DNA from: an uncultured Armatimonadetes bacterium
Lineage (GTDB): Bacteria > Armatimonadota > Hebobacteria > Hebobacterales > Hebobacteraceae
Assembly: GCA_963716175.1 (NCBI GenBank)
Contig: OY970296.1
Location: 896,001-960,000 of the forward strand
Direction of reading: 5' to 3'
Length of the DNA stretch: 64,000 nt
Part shown: positions 46,615-56,930 of the stretch, one piece after another
Layout: each line of letters opens with the position of its first letter
Position numbering within the stretch: the first letter of the stretch is position 1
Notes under the pieces: generated by a model
What the model was told of the DNA's origin: nothing
Databases searched by the model: none
The model's input: the letters and a program-made list of their open reading frames with translations, nothing else
Program-made: the position numbers and the translations under genes

Positions 46615-47715
46615 CTATTCGCTCAACGCTGTCCGTGTGACCTTGCGCAGACGGCGAGGACTATCGGGGTTGAGGCCGCGCTCGAGGGCCACGTGACAGG
46701 CGAAGAGCTGGCCGAGGGCGGCAAACGGGATGGGGGTGAGGGCCTCCCTGATCCTGAGCGGGCAGTGCACGGTTATGCCCGATACCCGGGAGATGTCCAG
46801 GCGGTTTGTGAAGCTCAGCACATCCACGCCCTGGCCCTGAAGCCTCCGCCCCAGGTCGAGCATGAAGCGGTACGTAGGCCCATTGGCGGCGAAGAACAGC
46901 ACCGGCGTGTCGGGATCCACGAACGCAATGGGGCCGTGCAGGAAGTCGGCCGCGGACATGCCGGCCGCGCCCAGGTAGCAGGTCTCCATCAGCTTCAGCG
47001 CAGTCTCGCGGGCGGTGGCGTAGTTGAACCCGCGGGCCAGGCAGAGACAGCGGGGAGCGTAGCGATAGTGCGCCGCGATGTGCGCGATCGCGCTATCGCA
47101 GGTCAGCGCGACCCAGAGGTGCTGGGGGAGCGCCGCCACCTCCCGCTGGGACAAGTCACCTCCCAGGGCGCGGCAGATCATGGCCATCGCCACCAGCTCT
47201 GCCGTGTAGGTCTTGGTGGCCGCCACCGCCCGCTCCTTGAGCGCGTGGAGCTGGAGCGCGTGATGAGCGATGGTGGAGAGCGAGGAGCGGGCGGAGTTGG
47301 TCACTGCCAGCGTGAACGCGCCCAGGCGGCGGGCGGTGCGCAGCGCCTTCACCACATCCGGGCTTTCCCCCGACTGGGAGATGCCGATGGCCAGCGCGCC
47401 GCTCAGGTGCAGAGGCGCAGGATAGAGGGTGAACAGGGACAGAGCCGCGCCGGACACCGGGATGCCCAGGAAGTGCTCAAACAGGTAGCGGCCGAAGAGG
47501 GCGGCGTGATCCGAGGTGCCGCGGCCCGCGATGAAGACCAGCGGCGGGGGGCGGTGGCGCAGGTGCGCCAGGGCCTTGGTGAGGGGTCCCGTCTCCTCCC
47601 GTAGCAGCACCTCCACCCGGTCCGGCGCGGCGTGGATCTCCTTCCACATCACTGGCAGCCGCGGCCGCGGATGGATCAGCTGGGGGCGCGGCACTCGGCG
47701 TGACCGGTCGTTCAT
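46615..47715 (-). CDS. Double-SIS domain protein (GlmS-C / glucosamine-6-phosphate deaminase-like)
   Basis: GRGTSDHA, ISQSGESPD, VTN, AVAATKTY, ETALKLMET, FLHGP, PRRLRKVTRT. Confidence 0.9.
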   Translation of the reverse strand: MNDRSRRVPRPQLIHPRPRLPVMWKEIHAAPDRVEVLLREETGPLTKALAHLRHRPPPLVFIAGRGTSDHAALFGRYLFEHFLGIPVSGAALSLFTLYPAPLHLSGALAIGISQSGESPDVVKALRTARRLGAFTLAVTNSARSSLSTIAHHALQLHALKERAVAATKTYTAELVAMAMICRALGGDLSQREVAALPQHLWVALTCDSAIAHIAAHYRYAPRCLCLARGFNYATARETALKLMETCYLGAAGMSAADFLHGPIAFVDPDTPVLFFAANGPTYRFMLDLGRRLQGQGVDVLSFTNRLDISRVSGITVHCPLRIREALTPIPFAALGQLFACHVALERGLNPDSPRRLRKVTRTALSE

Positions 47716-47729
47716 CGCGGCTCCCCTGG

Positions 47730-50315
47730 TCAAAGTGCGACCTCCACCTGGATAGTCCGGCCCCCCGCGGCGGGCAGCGCGGCCAGTGGGATCCTGAACT
47801 CCCCGCCGATGGGCGCGATGGCATGGCCGTCCAGGCTCACGCGGTTCACTTGGCTCCGACCGCTGAGGTGGTGAAAGCGAAACCGAAAGTCGAGGTGCCG
47901 GAACTGCTTGCGCAGTTCGTACTGCTTCCAGGCCGCCGGCACTGCCGGCTTGATCCGCAGGCCGGTGAACTCGGGCAGCACCCCGACCATGAGGTCAATG
48001 GCTTTCAGATACCAGTTCGCCGAGCCCGTGAAGTTGCTGTAGAGGTTCATCCCGAAGTTGGGGTGGGACGGGCCCACCGCGAAGTTGGACTGCTGGTGGG
48101 GAGGGCCAGTGGCGATGTCGGGGAAGGTGTTCCCCGGCAGCGAGAGCTTGAGCTCGGAGTAGGCCTGGTCGCCTCGCCCCATCGCAGCCAGCGCGTAAAT
48201 GAGGAACGAGTGGCCGTGGGTGTAGACCGCGCCATTCTCGAACTGGCCTGGCACCATGTCGGCCATGCGCCCGGCCAGCTCCCGGCTCTTCTGGGTGTAG
48301 GGGATGTCAATGGTGGTGGTGCCGACGGGCGTCCACAGCCGCGGCATCGCCTTCAGCACCTGCTCCTCCCGGCCGGCCGCAGCCGCCACCCCAGTGAACA
48401 GGGTCCAGGCGTTAGTCACGGCGTGGATCCGCCCCTCCTCGCTGGCCTGCGATCCGATCGCCACCCCATCATCGTTGAACCCGAAGACATAGTGATCGCC
48501 ATCCCAGGCGCTCTCGTTCACCGCACGGGTCATGGTCTGGACGATCTCACTGAGCAGCCCGGTGGCGGCCTGGTCCCTGAGGTGCTGGGCCAGCCGCAGC
48601 AGCCGCTGGGCCGCGTAGATCAGGCCCACGGAGAGCCAGGTGCTCACCCCTTCTCCCCGCTTGGACAGCCCGTCCATGGCGTCGTTCCAGTCGCCATGCC
48701 CGATGCGGCACAGCCCCCGCTGTCCCCGGTTCCGGTACAGCCCCTCCAGCGCCAGCAGCGCGTGCTCGTAGACTGACTTCCGCACCCGGTTGTCCTGGCG
48801 ATGCGTGCTCAAATCGTAGAAGCCCACCTGCTGCTCGAGCAGGCTGAAGTCACCGGTCTCCTCCAGGTAGCTGACCAGGGTGTCGGCGATCCAGAGCGGG
48901 CTGTCGCCGTACATGCGTTCATCATTGGGAGCATTGGTGTTGGGGTAGCGGAAGAACTGGCGCAGGGCACGGCCATCCGCAAGCTGGTGGTTCAAGACGG
49001 TCGGCAGGTGACTGCGCACATACTCCGGGTTGAAGCTGCAGATACCCATCAGGTCCTGGAGCACATCCCGATAGCCGATCTGGTCCAGGGCCCGCGTGAA
49101 GCGGGCGGTGTTGTGCTGCTGGTACTTCAGCCAGACATTGTGGAGCCGGTCAACTTCGAGGTCTGGGCTGCGCAGCGATACCCGCGCCAGCATCTTGCGC
49201 CACGACTGCTGAAGGCGCGCGAACTCTCGCTCCACCCCGCGGCCGCGGAAGAGCTTCTCCCTCAACTCGGGGAGGTGGCGGCGGTAGTCGTGCGGTTCCT
49301 GCTCGGTGCGGCCCACCACGATGTGCAGGCTGCGCGACCTTGCGGGGGCGAGGCGCAGATCGAACTGCAGCGCGCCGATCAGGCCCAGGTACGGCTGCAG
49401 GCCCTGCGAACCGCGGCATCTGCCCTCTTCCACCGCTCGCGGGAAGGCGCGGAAATGCCCACCCCCGGTGAACTCCTCCCCGGAGAGATCGAACCCCTGG
49501 AAGGCCGCGCTCGACATCATGAACCCGGTGCGCGGCAGCGCGTTCGCTCTGTGTCGGTTGAGCGCGACGATGGCGCGCAAGTCTCCGAGATGCTCTCCCA
49601 GGGAGGTGACGCGAGGATCGAAGTAATACGAGGGATGGCTCTCCAGGCCCCAGTTCACGCGGGCGAAGAGCTGAATCCGGCGGGGCCGGTCCGAGGTATT
49701 GGTGAGGGTGATGGTCCATATCTCACAGGGATCATCCACCGGCACGAAGACCCGGAGACGAGTGCGCAGGTCGTGGCGCGCACTCTCGATGACCACCCAG
49801 CCCAACCCGTAGCGGCAAGCATAACCCTTATACTTCTCCCTCTCCCGCCCGATCTGGGGCAGCATGTCCCAGATGCGAACCGGCTTGCCAGCACGGTCCT
49901 CGCGCAGGAAGAACTGGCGCGCATCCGTGCTGCGCGGCGAGGTGGGGACATAGCTGGTGTCCCGGTGGGAGGTCACCGGCCCCGCCAGCACGCTGTCATA
50001 GCACAGGAACCCCAGACCCGTGGCATCCCAGAAAGAGCCGGCTATCCCCGTCTCCCGGTCGTGGTTGCTGCACATCAGGTGCAACCAGGGACGTGGGGTG
50101 TCGGGGCGATGGAGGGCGAGGACGCTCTCCGTCAGGAATCCCTCCTCATCCCGAAGGTCCTCGAAGCGCGAGTAGCGGGAGGACAAGGCTTCGGCGTCAC
50201 CGGGGGAGAAGCCATGATGAGGCGAGCGGCCCCGAGCTAGGTTCGCCCGCGCCTTGGCCACCAGGCGGCCCCACCGCGCTTCCGAATCCACGATCCTGCC
50301 GCTGCGCTTTCCCAT
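47730..50315 (-). CDS. GH94 glycoside phosphorylase (cellobiose/chitobiose phosphorylase-like)
   Basis: TPRPW, GYRDVLQD, DSPLW, GDWNDAM, ENGAVYTH, TGSANW. Confidence 0.88.
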   Translation of the reverse strand: MGKRSGRIVDSEARWGRLVAKARANLARGRSPHHGFSPGDAEALSSRYSRFEDLRDEEGFLTESVLALHRPDTPRPWLHLMCSNHDRETGIAGSFWDATGLGFLCYDSVLAGPVTSHRDTSYVPTSPRSTDARQFFLREDRAGKPVRIWDMLPQIGREREKYKGYACRYGLGWVVIESARHDLRTRLRVFVPVDDPCEIWTITLTNTSDRPRRIQLFARVNWGLESHPSYYFDPRVTSLGEHLGDLRAIVALNRHRANALPRTGFMMSSAAFQGFDLSGEEFTGGGHFRAFPRAVEEGRCRGSQGLQPYLGLIGALQFDLRLAPARSRSLHIVVGRTEQEPHDYRRHLPELREKLFRGRGVEREFARLQQSWRKMLARVSLRSPDLEVDRLHNVWLKYQQHNTARFTRALDQIGYRDVLQDLMGICSFNPEYVRSHLPTVLNHQLADGRALRQFFRYPNTNAPNDERMYGDSPLWIADTLVSYLEETGDFSLLEQQVGFYDLSTHRQDNRVRKSVYEHALLALEGLYRNRGQRGLCRIGHGDWNDAMDGLSKRGEGVSTWLSVGLIYAAQRLLRLAQHLRDQAATGLLSEIVQTMTRAVNESAWDGDHYVFGFNDDGVAIGSQASEEGRIHAVTNAWTLFTGVAAAAGREEQVLKAMPRLWTPVGTTTIDIPYTQKSRELAGRMADMVPGQFENGAVYTHGHSFLIYALAAMGRGDQAYSELKLSLPGNTFPDIATGPPHQQSNFAVGPSHPNFGMNLYSNFTGSANWYLKAIDLMVGVLPEFTGLRIKPAVPAAWKQYELRKQFRHLDFRFRFHHLSGRSQVNRVSLDGHAIAPIGGEFRIPLAALPAAGGRTIQVEVAL

Positions 50316-50348
50316 CCCATCCTCGCAGAGGACAATCCTTGCTGCCGC

Positions 50349-50918
50349 CTAGCCTCCGGCCAGTTGTCGCCCCAACTCTCGCGCCCGCGCGACCAGATCC
50401 GGCCTCGCCGCGGCATCGTCGGGGTCGCCCAGGTTCCCCTCGGCCAGCCGGCCTACGACTTCGACGTTCAGGTCTTTCATCACGCTCGCCAGGTAATCCG
50501 CTATCCGCTTGGGGGTTTCCTGCTCCGCGTCCGCCTGCACCACGATCACCGCCCCCCGCCGCTTTCCCTCCAGGCCCAGCCGCCACCCGCCCTCCTCGGT
50601 GTAAAAAGCATAGAGCCGGTCTATCACCCGTTTCAGCGAGGCCGCCACATTCCAGAAGTAGACCGGGGCGGCGAAGACCCAGGCCTCGGATCGGCGCAGG
50701 GCGGCGTAGATCTGCTGCATGTCGTCCTGGAGGATGCACCCCGCCTCCGCGCTCTCCAGGCACATCCGATCCGCATCGCAGTCCGAGATCCTCATGCTGG
50801 TGGGATCGAACCGCGTCGTGCTCGCGTTCCGCTCCCGCGCCCCCGCCAGCGCCGCCTCCACCAGGGTAGCGGTGTTGCCGCTCTGCCGGGGGCTTCCGCA
50901 GATCGCCACCACCTCCAT
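50349..50918 (-). CDS. Flavodoxin-like / iron-sulfur flavoprotein family protein
   Basis: GSPRQSGNT, CDADRMC...CILQDDM, APVYFW, LKRVIDR. Confidence 0.9.
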   Translation of the reverse strand: MEVVAICGSPRQSGNTATLVEAALAGARERNASTTRFDPTSMRISDCDADRMCLESAEAGCILQDDMQQIYAALRRSEAWVFAAPVYFWNVAASLKRVIDRLYAFYTEEGGWRLGLEGKRRGAVIVVQADAEQETPKRIADYLASVMKDLNVEVVGRLAEGNLGDPDDAAARPDLVARARELGRQLAGG

Positions 50919-50935
50919 GCCGTCCTCCTGTGCCG

Positions 50936-51232
50936 TCAGAATCGCACCGAGAAATCCGCAAACTCTCCTCGCGGCGCTTCCCAGTTCACCTGCAACTCCC
51001 TCACATAAGCGCCCCGCGGCCCTCGCTTCAGTTCAGCCAGAAACTCCTCCAGCAGACGCCTGTCTCCCTCGGCCACCACCTCCACCTGGCCCGTCGGGAG
51101 ATTCCGCACATATCCGCTAGCTCCGTAGCGCCCCGCCCCCGCCTCCGCAAAGGCGCGGAATCCCACCATCTGGACGTGACCCGAGATGATGGCCTGAAAT
51201 CTCGCCGGGCCTGACAGCGGTTTCGTCGCCAC
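50936..51232 (-). CDS. acyP: Acylphosphatase
   Basis: GHVQMVGFR, GYVRNLPTGQVEVVAEG, GP. Confidence 0.93.
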   Translation of the reverse strand: MATKPLSGPARFQAIISGHVQMVGFRAFAEAGAGRYGASGYVRNLPTGQVEVVAEGDRRLLEEFLAELKRGPRGAYVRELQVNWEAPRGEFADFSVRF

Positions 51233-51283
51233 GACCGCGATCCTTCTGCGGGGCGGCCATGCTTCACCTACCTGCCCTACAGG

Positions 51284-51814
51284 CTACAACCGCCGCCTCA
51301 GGTTCGGGTCGGCGGCCACCGCCAGGATCTCCCCGAAGTAGAAGCGATGGTAATCCCCCTGCGGGTAGCATGATCGCGCCAGTTCCTTCACCAGGGCCTT
51401 CGGCACCAGATCGTTGGCGTGGGCCAGCTTGCACTCGTAGCTCAGCACGCATTCCTCGATCATCGGCGATCTCACGTGCCGGCTGGGCGCGGCCGTCAGG
51501 CCGGCCTCGGCCAGCTTGTCATGATCCCGGCCCGAGACCGTGCCGCAGAAGTCGGCCACATCAGCCAGCTTGCGCGGCAGCACGTTGACGGTGAAGTCCC
51601 CGGTCTTCTGAATGCACTGATAGGTGTAGCGGGATTCCCGAACCGGAACCAGGAAGATGGGCTTGCCCCAGAACACACCGATCGCACCCCAGCCAATGGT
51701 CATGGCATTGGGCCGGCGCCGCGCGTCAAGCGACACCAGCAGCAAGCCGGGGTGCGCCAACGCCTGCAAGGTCTCACTCAGGTACTCCGTCGGCCCAACT
51801 TGCACTTTCGCCAT
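51284..51814 (-). CDS. Flavin reductase-like family protein
   Basis: NAMTIGWG, VRESRYT, FTVN, CGTVSGRDHDK, YECK, YHRFYFGEI. Confidence 0.92.
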   Translation of the reverse strand: MAKVQVGPTEYLSETLQALAHPGLLLVSLDARRRPNAMTIGWGAIGVFWGKPIFLVPVRESRYTYQCIQKTGDFTVNVLPRKLADVADFCGTVSGRDHDKLAEAGLTAAPSRHVRSPMIEECVLSYECKLAHANDLVPKALVKELARSCYPQGDYHRFYFGEILAVAADPNLRRRL

Positions 51815-51885
51815 GTTCCTCCTCCTGTTTGCCGGGCGGCGTCTCCTGACGCCGCCGAGCGCGGTCGGGGGACCGCGCTCTACAG

Positions 51886-52890
51886 TCATCCTTGCTGTGT
51901 GAACTCCGCCACTAGCACCAGCAGGTTCTCCGCCGGGATGTCGCTTCCCAGGCTGTGCGTGGGAGCGATGATGAACCCTCCGCCCGTGCCGACCTCCCGG
52001 AGCAAGCGGCGAACCTCGGCCCGCAGCTCATCTGGCGTGCTATCCGGCAGCAGATGCTGCACGCTCACCCCGCCGTGAAAGGCGATGTCTCGGCCGTACT
52101 CTCGCTTGAGCTGGTAGATATCCATCACATCCGGCTGCACCGGGTTGAGCACGGTGAGACCCAGCTCGATCAGATCGGGGATGACCTCGCTGACATCCCC
52201 ATCCGAGTGCAGGAACGTGGTCTTGCCATAGGAGGCGGCCCGCTCCACCATCCGGGCAAAGCGCGGCTTGATGAACCGCTGCCACAGCCGCGCCCCCATG
52301 ATCAGGCCGCGCTGCGACCCCCAATCATCGCCGAAACGGACATTGTCGAATGGAAACCGGCAGGCCTGCTCGATCAGCGCCAGGTTGAACTCGCAGATCC
52401 GGTCCAGCAGCTCATCCGCGAACCGCGGATGCTCGACCATATCCAGCAGGAAGTTCTCGATGCCTCGCAGCGTCCAGGCCCGCTCGTAGAGGCTGAAGCC
52501 TATACCCCAGCTCAGGTAGAGATCGGGGTGGCGCGCGATCTGCTCGCCCAGCTTCTCCAACCCCGGATCGCGGGCCGGCGGGAACTCGTAGCCCCGCAGG
52601 GTGGGCTCCTTCAGAATAGGATCCCGGACCATCCCGATCTCGCCCGGGAAAGAGTCTTCCCAGATCACGCCGAAGGCATCGGTATAGTGCCGCTCGTCCA
52701 CCCGCTCGTTGGTCTCGGGGTAGCCCGTCCCCACCGAAGCCAGGTGCTGCACCAGGCCCTGGTCGAAGCTGGAATCGCCGGTCAGGGCCACCAGCCGCTC
52801 GCGCACCTCGCCGCCCACCCACAGTTCGTAAGGGCAGAAGTCCGTCTCCTGGTGCGCGAGGGCGCGCCGCACTCGTTCCTTGGGCGTCAT
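51886..52890 (-). CDS. Uroporphyrinogen decarboxylase/MtaA-like family protein
   Basis: MTPKERV, GDDWGSQRG, HSDG, NPVQP, FHGGVSVQ, GGFIIAPTH. Confidence 0.9.
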   Translation of the reverse strand: MTPKERVRRALAHQETDFCPYELWVGGEVRERLVALTGDSSFDQGLVQHLASVGTGYPETNERVDERHYTDAFGVIWEDSFPGEIGMVRDPILKEPTLRGYEFPPARDPGLEKLGEQIARHPDLYLSWGIGFSLYERAWTLRGIENFLLDMVEHPRFADELLDRICEFNLALIEQACRFPFDNVRFGDDWGSQRGLIMGARLWQRFIKPRFARMVERAASYGKTTFLHSDGDVSEVIPDLIELGLTVLNPVQPDVMDIYQLKREYGRDIAFHGGVSVQHLLPDSTPDELRAEVRRLLREVGTGGGFIIAPTHSLGSDIPAENLLVLVAEFTQQG

Positions 52891-53003
52891 CCCAGCTTCT
52901 CCTGCGCTGTGCTGTTCGCCCACCGCCGGGAAGACCCTTCCCGCGCCAGGAGAGAGGAGATCGTGAGGGGAAGGCAGTAGAGGAGCGAGGGAGAGGTCCA
53001 GGG

Positions 53004-53627
53004 ATGAAACTCAGGTTCATGCCGAAGGAAGAACGGTTCTTCGAGCTGTTCACGGAGGCGGCGCAGAACGTGGTGCGGGGCGCAGAGCTGCTGGTGGAGC
53101 TGGTCCGAAATCCGGACCGGACCGGCGATCTCCGCCGCCAGATCGAGGAGGTCGAGCACGAGGGGGACATCGTCACCCACGAGATTGCCGATCGCCTGAA
53201 CCGCACCTTCGTCACTCCCTTCGATCACGAGGACATTCACGAGCTGGCCGGCCGCCTCGACGACGTGCTCGATGATGTCGAGGCCACCGCCGACCGCATG
53301 TACCTGTACGAGGCCGGGGCGCCCAGCGCGGAGATGGTGGACCTGGTGAAAGTGCTGGCAGAAGCGACCGTAGCGGTGCAAAAGGCCATCTCCAACCTCA
53401 GTAACATGAAGAACGCGCGGCGCATTCTGGACTACTGCATCGAGATCCACCGACTGGAGAACGTCGGGGATGAAGACAGCCGCCTCGCCCTCGCTAAGCT
53501 CTTCAAGACTTCGGATGCCATCTATGCGCTGAAGTGGAAGGAGATCTACGACCACGTGGAGGACGCGCTGGACAAATGTGAGGACGTGGCCTCCATCGTC
53601 GAGGGCATCGTGGTGAAGCACACCTAG
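53004..53627 (+). CDS. DUF47 / Pit accessory phosphate transport regulator
   Basis: EHEGDIVTH, TFVTPFDHEDI, LENVGD, DKCEDVA; directly upstream of pit. Confidence 0.93.
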   Translation: MKLRFMPKEERFFELFTEAAQNVVRGAELLVELVRNPDRTGDLRRQIEEVEHEGDIVTHEIADRLNRTFVTPFDHEDIHELAGRLDDVLDDVEATADRMYLYEAGAPSAEMVDLVKVLAEATVAVQKAISNLSNMKNARRILDYCIEIHRLENVGDEDSRLALAKLFKTSDAIYALKWKEIYDHVEDALDKCEDVASIVEGIVVKHT

Positions 53628-53638
53628 GTGCGCCCGCG

Positions 53639-54631
53639 ATGCCGCACATCTCCGCCTCCGTGGTCTGCATCTGCTTGGTCGCCTTCGCTTTCGATTTCCT
53701 GAACGGATTTCACGACGCCGCCAACTCCATCGCCACTGTGGTCTCCACCCGCGTCTTGCGGCCCATTTACGCGGTGGGCTGGGCCGCCTTCTTCAACTTC
53801 GTCGCCGCCTTCGGCTTCGGGGTGCACGTAGCCAATACGGTGGGCAGGGGAATCGTACACACCGGGGTAGTGAACAACGAGGTGATCCTGGCGGCCTTGG
53901 CCGGCGCCATCGCCTGGGACTTGATCACATGGTACCTGGGGGTCCCCACTAGCTCCTCCCATGCCCTGATCGGAGGGCTGGCTGGCGCCGCCGTGGTCCA
54001 ATCGGGCGTGGCCTCGCTGGTGCTGGCCGGTCTCATCAAGATCTCGGCCTTCATCGTGCTCTCTCCGGTCATCGGCCTGGTGCTGGGCTATGGCGCCCGC
54101 CGCCTGGTGAGCCGCCTCTTCTGGTATACCTCGCCCAAGTCCACCGCCTCGCACTTCCGGCGGCTCCAGCTCCTGTCGGCCGCGCTCTACAGCCTCGGCC
54201 ATGGCACCAATGACGCTCAGAAGACCATGGGCGTCGTCGCCATCCTGCTCTTCAGCAATGGTTACCTGAAGGAGTTCCACGTGCCGGTGTGGGTGATCGG
54301 GGCCGCAGGCGCGGCCATTTCCCTGGGCACCATGGCCGGGGGCTGGCGGATCGTCAAGACCATGGGGATGCGCATCACCAAGCTCCAGCCCGTGGACGGT
54401 TTCTGCGCCGAGACCGCGGCCGCGGTCTCGCTTTTCGGGGCTTCCCTGGCCGGCATTCCCGTGAGCACCACGCACACCATCACGGGCGCCATCGTGGGCG
54501 TGGGGTCCACGCGCCGGCTCTCCGCGGTGCGATGGGGTGTCACCATCGGCGTAGTGTGGGCTTGGGTGCTCACCATCCCGGGGTCGGCTCTGATCGCCGC
54601 CCTGGTGCGGGCGCTGCTGGGTCTGCGCTAG
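53639..54631 (+). CDS. pit: PiT family inorganic phosphate transporter
   Basis: NGFHDAANSIAT, PTSSSH, HGTNDAQK, PVSTTH. Confidence 0.96.
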   Translation: MPHISASVVCICLVAFAFDFLNGFHDAANSIATVVSTRVLRPIYAVGWAAFFNFVAAFGFGVHVANTVGRGIVHTGVVNNEVILAALAGAIAWDLITWYLGVPTSSSHALIGGLAGAAVVQSGVASLVLAGLIKISAFIVLSPVIGLVLGYGARRLVSRLFWYTSPKSTASHFRRLQLLSAALYSLGHGTNDAQKTMGVVAILLFSNGYLKEFHVPVWVIGAAGAAISLGTMAGGWRIVKTMGMRITKLQPVDGFCAETAAAVSLFGASLAGIPVSTTHTITGAIVGVGSTRRLSAVRWGVTIGVVWAWVLTIPGSALIAALVRALLGLR

Positions 54632-54755
54632 CAGGCGCAGCAACCCCGCTAGCTCCGGCAGGGAGCCCAAGACGCGACAGTTTTCCCCACCAAAGCATGG
54701 AAAATAGCATACTTGGAGGGGCTCGGAGCAGGGAGAACACCCCGGAGAGACCGCC

Positions 54756-55373
54756 ATGACAGAACAGGAAGAGTGGGCGTTGCTGGGCCAGCTGCTCCTG
54801 GCCAGCGGCGCCATCACCGCCGAGGACCTCCAGGAGGCGCGCTACCGCCAGAAGGTGACGGGAGAGCAATTGGGCCAGATCTTGCTGTCCATGGGTGCGG
54901 TGGCGCCCCGGCAGTTGGAACGGGCCCTCCAGGCCCAGGCCCGACTGCGGGGGAAATCCTCCCAGGAGCGACGCTTCGTGCTGGTGATCGACGACGACCC
55001 CGAGGTGGGGGCTCTGCTCGGAGACATTCTCGAGGGAGCGGGCTACCGCGTGGGGGTCGCCAGCGATGAGGGCGAAGCCATTGCCGCCGTCATGGCCCCC
55101 GACGGCTACCGGCCCTCTCTGATCGTGCTCGACCTGGGCTTGCCCAAGTACGGCGGCATCGAATTCCTCACTATCCTGCGCAAGAACGGTGTCACCAACC
55201 GTCTGCCGGTGGTGGTGCTCACCGGCCGCCCGGACCTCCAGTCCACCATCCAGGAGCGAGGACTGGAGATCAGCGCCTTTCTGGCCAAGCCCGTGTCGGC
55301 CCGCAAGCTCCTGGAGGTGGTAGAGGAAGTGCTGGCGCGGCCCTCGGAGACCCCCACCCTCGCGGTCCCATAG
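54756..55373 (+). CDS. MshEN-like domain + receiver domain protein
   Basis: Two 24-aa LGxxLLxxGxxxxxxLxxAxxxQ motifs with a 5-aa linker; REC motifs IDDD, LDLGLP, LTG, KP. Confidence 0.85.
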   Translation: MTEQEEWALLGQLLLASGAITAEDLQEARYRQKVTGEQLGQILLSMGAVAPRQLERALQAQARLRGKSSQERRFVLVIDDDPEVGALLGDILEGAGYRVGVASDEGEAIAAVMAPDGYRPSLIVLDLGLPKYGGIEFLTILRKNGVTNRLPVVVLTGRPDLQSTIQERGLEISAFLAKPVSARKLLEVVEEVLARPSETPTLAVP

Positions 55374-55624
55374 CGCGATCCCCTGAGCTGCCGTCATCAG
55401 CTCCAAGATAGACCCAAAGAGGTGCCCAGCCAGTCTGCAGCGAATGCTTGCCGCGGCGAGGATGAGGCTGCGAGCGGTGGCTTCCATGGCGCCGGTGCCA
55501 ACCGTTTGGGACCTGCGCCAGCCACGTTGAGACCAACCACAGCACCGCCGAGCACCTGTCGGCAGAGCGACCGGCTTCGCACCTCATCCCCAGCGCGCAG
55601 CAAGGTTCAGAGGGGGTGAGGGCA

Positions 55625-56014
55625 ATGGATCGTGCTTCAGCGCAGGCGACTCGCGTCCTGGTAGTGGAGGACGACCGCGCAGTCATGAGCATGCTCACCG
55701 AGGTGTTGGTCAGGAGCGGCTACGAAGTGGTGCCGGCCCGCAACGGAGTCGCCGCCATGGTGGCCTTGACCGCGCCTGAACCCGAGTGCCCAAACCTGGT
55801 CCTGCTCGACCTGGGCTTGCCCCTGGAAAGCGGCGTCTCCGTGCTCTCCTTCCTCAGGAACATCATGCGGTCCGGCCTCCCCGTGGTCGTGCTCACGGGC
55901 CACAGCGATGCCCAGGAGGAAGCGGCGGTGCGAGAGCTCGGAGTGAGCGAGTACCTGCACAAACCGGCCTCGCCCCAGCAGCTGCTGGCCGCTCTTTCCC
56001 GCGCCCTCCTCTAG
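55625..56014 (+). CDS. Single-domain response regulator
   Basis: VEDD, LDLGLP, LTG, KP. Confidence 0.9.
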   Translation: MDRASAQATRVLVVEDDRAVMSMLTEVLVRSGYEVVPARNGVAAMVALTAPEPECPNLVLLDLGLPLESGVSVLSFLRNIMRSGLPVVVLTGHSDAQEEAAVRELGVSEYLHKPASPQQLLAALSRALL

Positions 56015-56159
56015 CCGCGCCGGGGCCGCAATCGGCTCACCTGCCAGGTTCGGGCTGGAACCCCGGTACTCTGGCCGCTGCCCGTCTCAGCCGCGAAAGG
56101 GTTCGCGGTACGCGATGCGAACTCTTGAGGCCGCCAATTCCGTGACCTGGAGGATTGCG

Positions 56160-56930
56160 ATGAAGCTGAGCTGCGCCGGCTACACCTTCGACACCTACTT
56201 CCGAAAGAAGGGCCTCACCCTGGAGCAGTACGTCGATGTCTGCGCCGACATGCGCCTCGATGGCGTGGAGCTGACTCAGTACTACTTCCCCGAGACTGGG
56301 AACGCCTATCTCAACCGCCTCAAGCGACAGCTGCTCCGCCGGGGGCTGGCCGTCGCTGGCGCCGCCATCGGCGGATCGTTCTGCCTGGCTAGCCCGGATG
56401 AACGCAAGCAGCACATCGCGTTCACCAAGGAATGGCTCGATATCTCGCTGCGGCTGGGCGCGCCCTGCCTGCGCATCTTCGCCGGGCCCGCCCCCGAGGG
56501 CCACACCGAGGAAGAGGCCTTCGGCTGGGTGGTGGCTGGCCTCAAGGAGTGCGCCGCCAAGGCCGAGCAGGTCGGCGTCACCATCGGGGTGGAGAATCAC
56601 GGCGGCCTCACTGGCACCGCCGATGGCCTGGTTCGGATCCTGAAAGCAGTCGGGTCGGACTGGGTGGCGGCCCTGCTGGACTTCGGCAACTACCACCGCG
56701 ACCCATACGCCGAGTTCGCTCAGACCGCGCCCCATACCGTGATGACCCATGTCAAGCCGACCTCCGATTTCGCCGGTGAGCGCGGGTGGGTGGACTACCG
56801 GAAGGTGAGCGAGATCATGGCCCAGGCCGGCTATCGCGGCTTCCTCTCCATCGAGTACGAGGAGCCCGGCAAAGACGCCATGGTCGAGGTGCCCAGGTTC
56901 GCGGCCTACCTCCGCGGCATCACGAGCTGA
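56160..56930 (+). CDS. Sugar phosphate isomerase/epimerase (AP2/xylose isomerase-like TIM barrel)
   Basis: DGVEL, VENHGG, DFGN, HVK, GYRGFLSIEYE. Confidence 0.9.
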   Translation: MKLSCAGYTFDTYFRKKGLTLEQYVDVCADMRLDGVELTQYYFPETGNAYLNRLKRQLLRRGLAVAGAAIGGSFCLASPDERKQHIAFTKEWLDISLRLGAPCLRIFAGPAPEGHTEEEAFGWVVAGLKECAAKAEQVGVTIGVENHGGLTGTADGLVRILKAVGSDWVAALLDFGNYHRDPYAEFAQTAPHTVMTHVKPTSDFAGERGWVDYRKVSEIMAQAGYRGFLSIEYEEPGKDAMVEVPRFAAYLRGITS

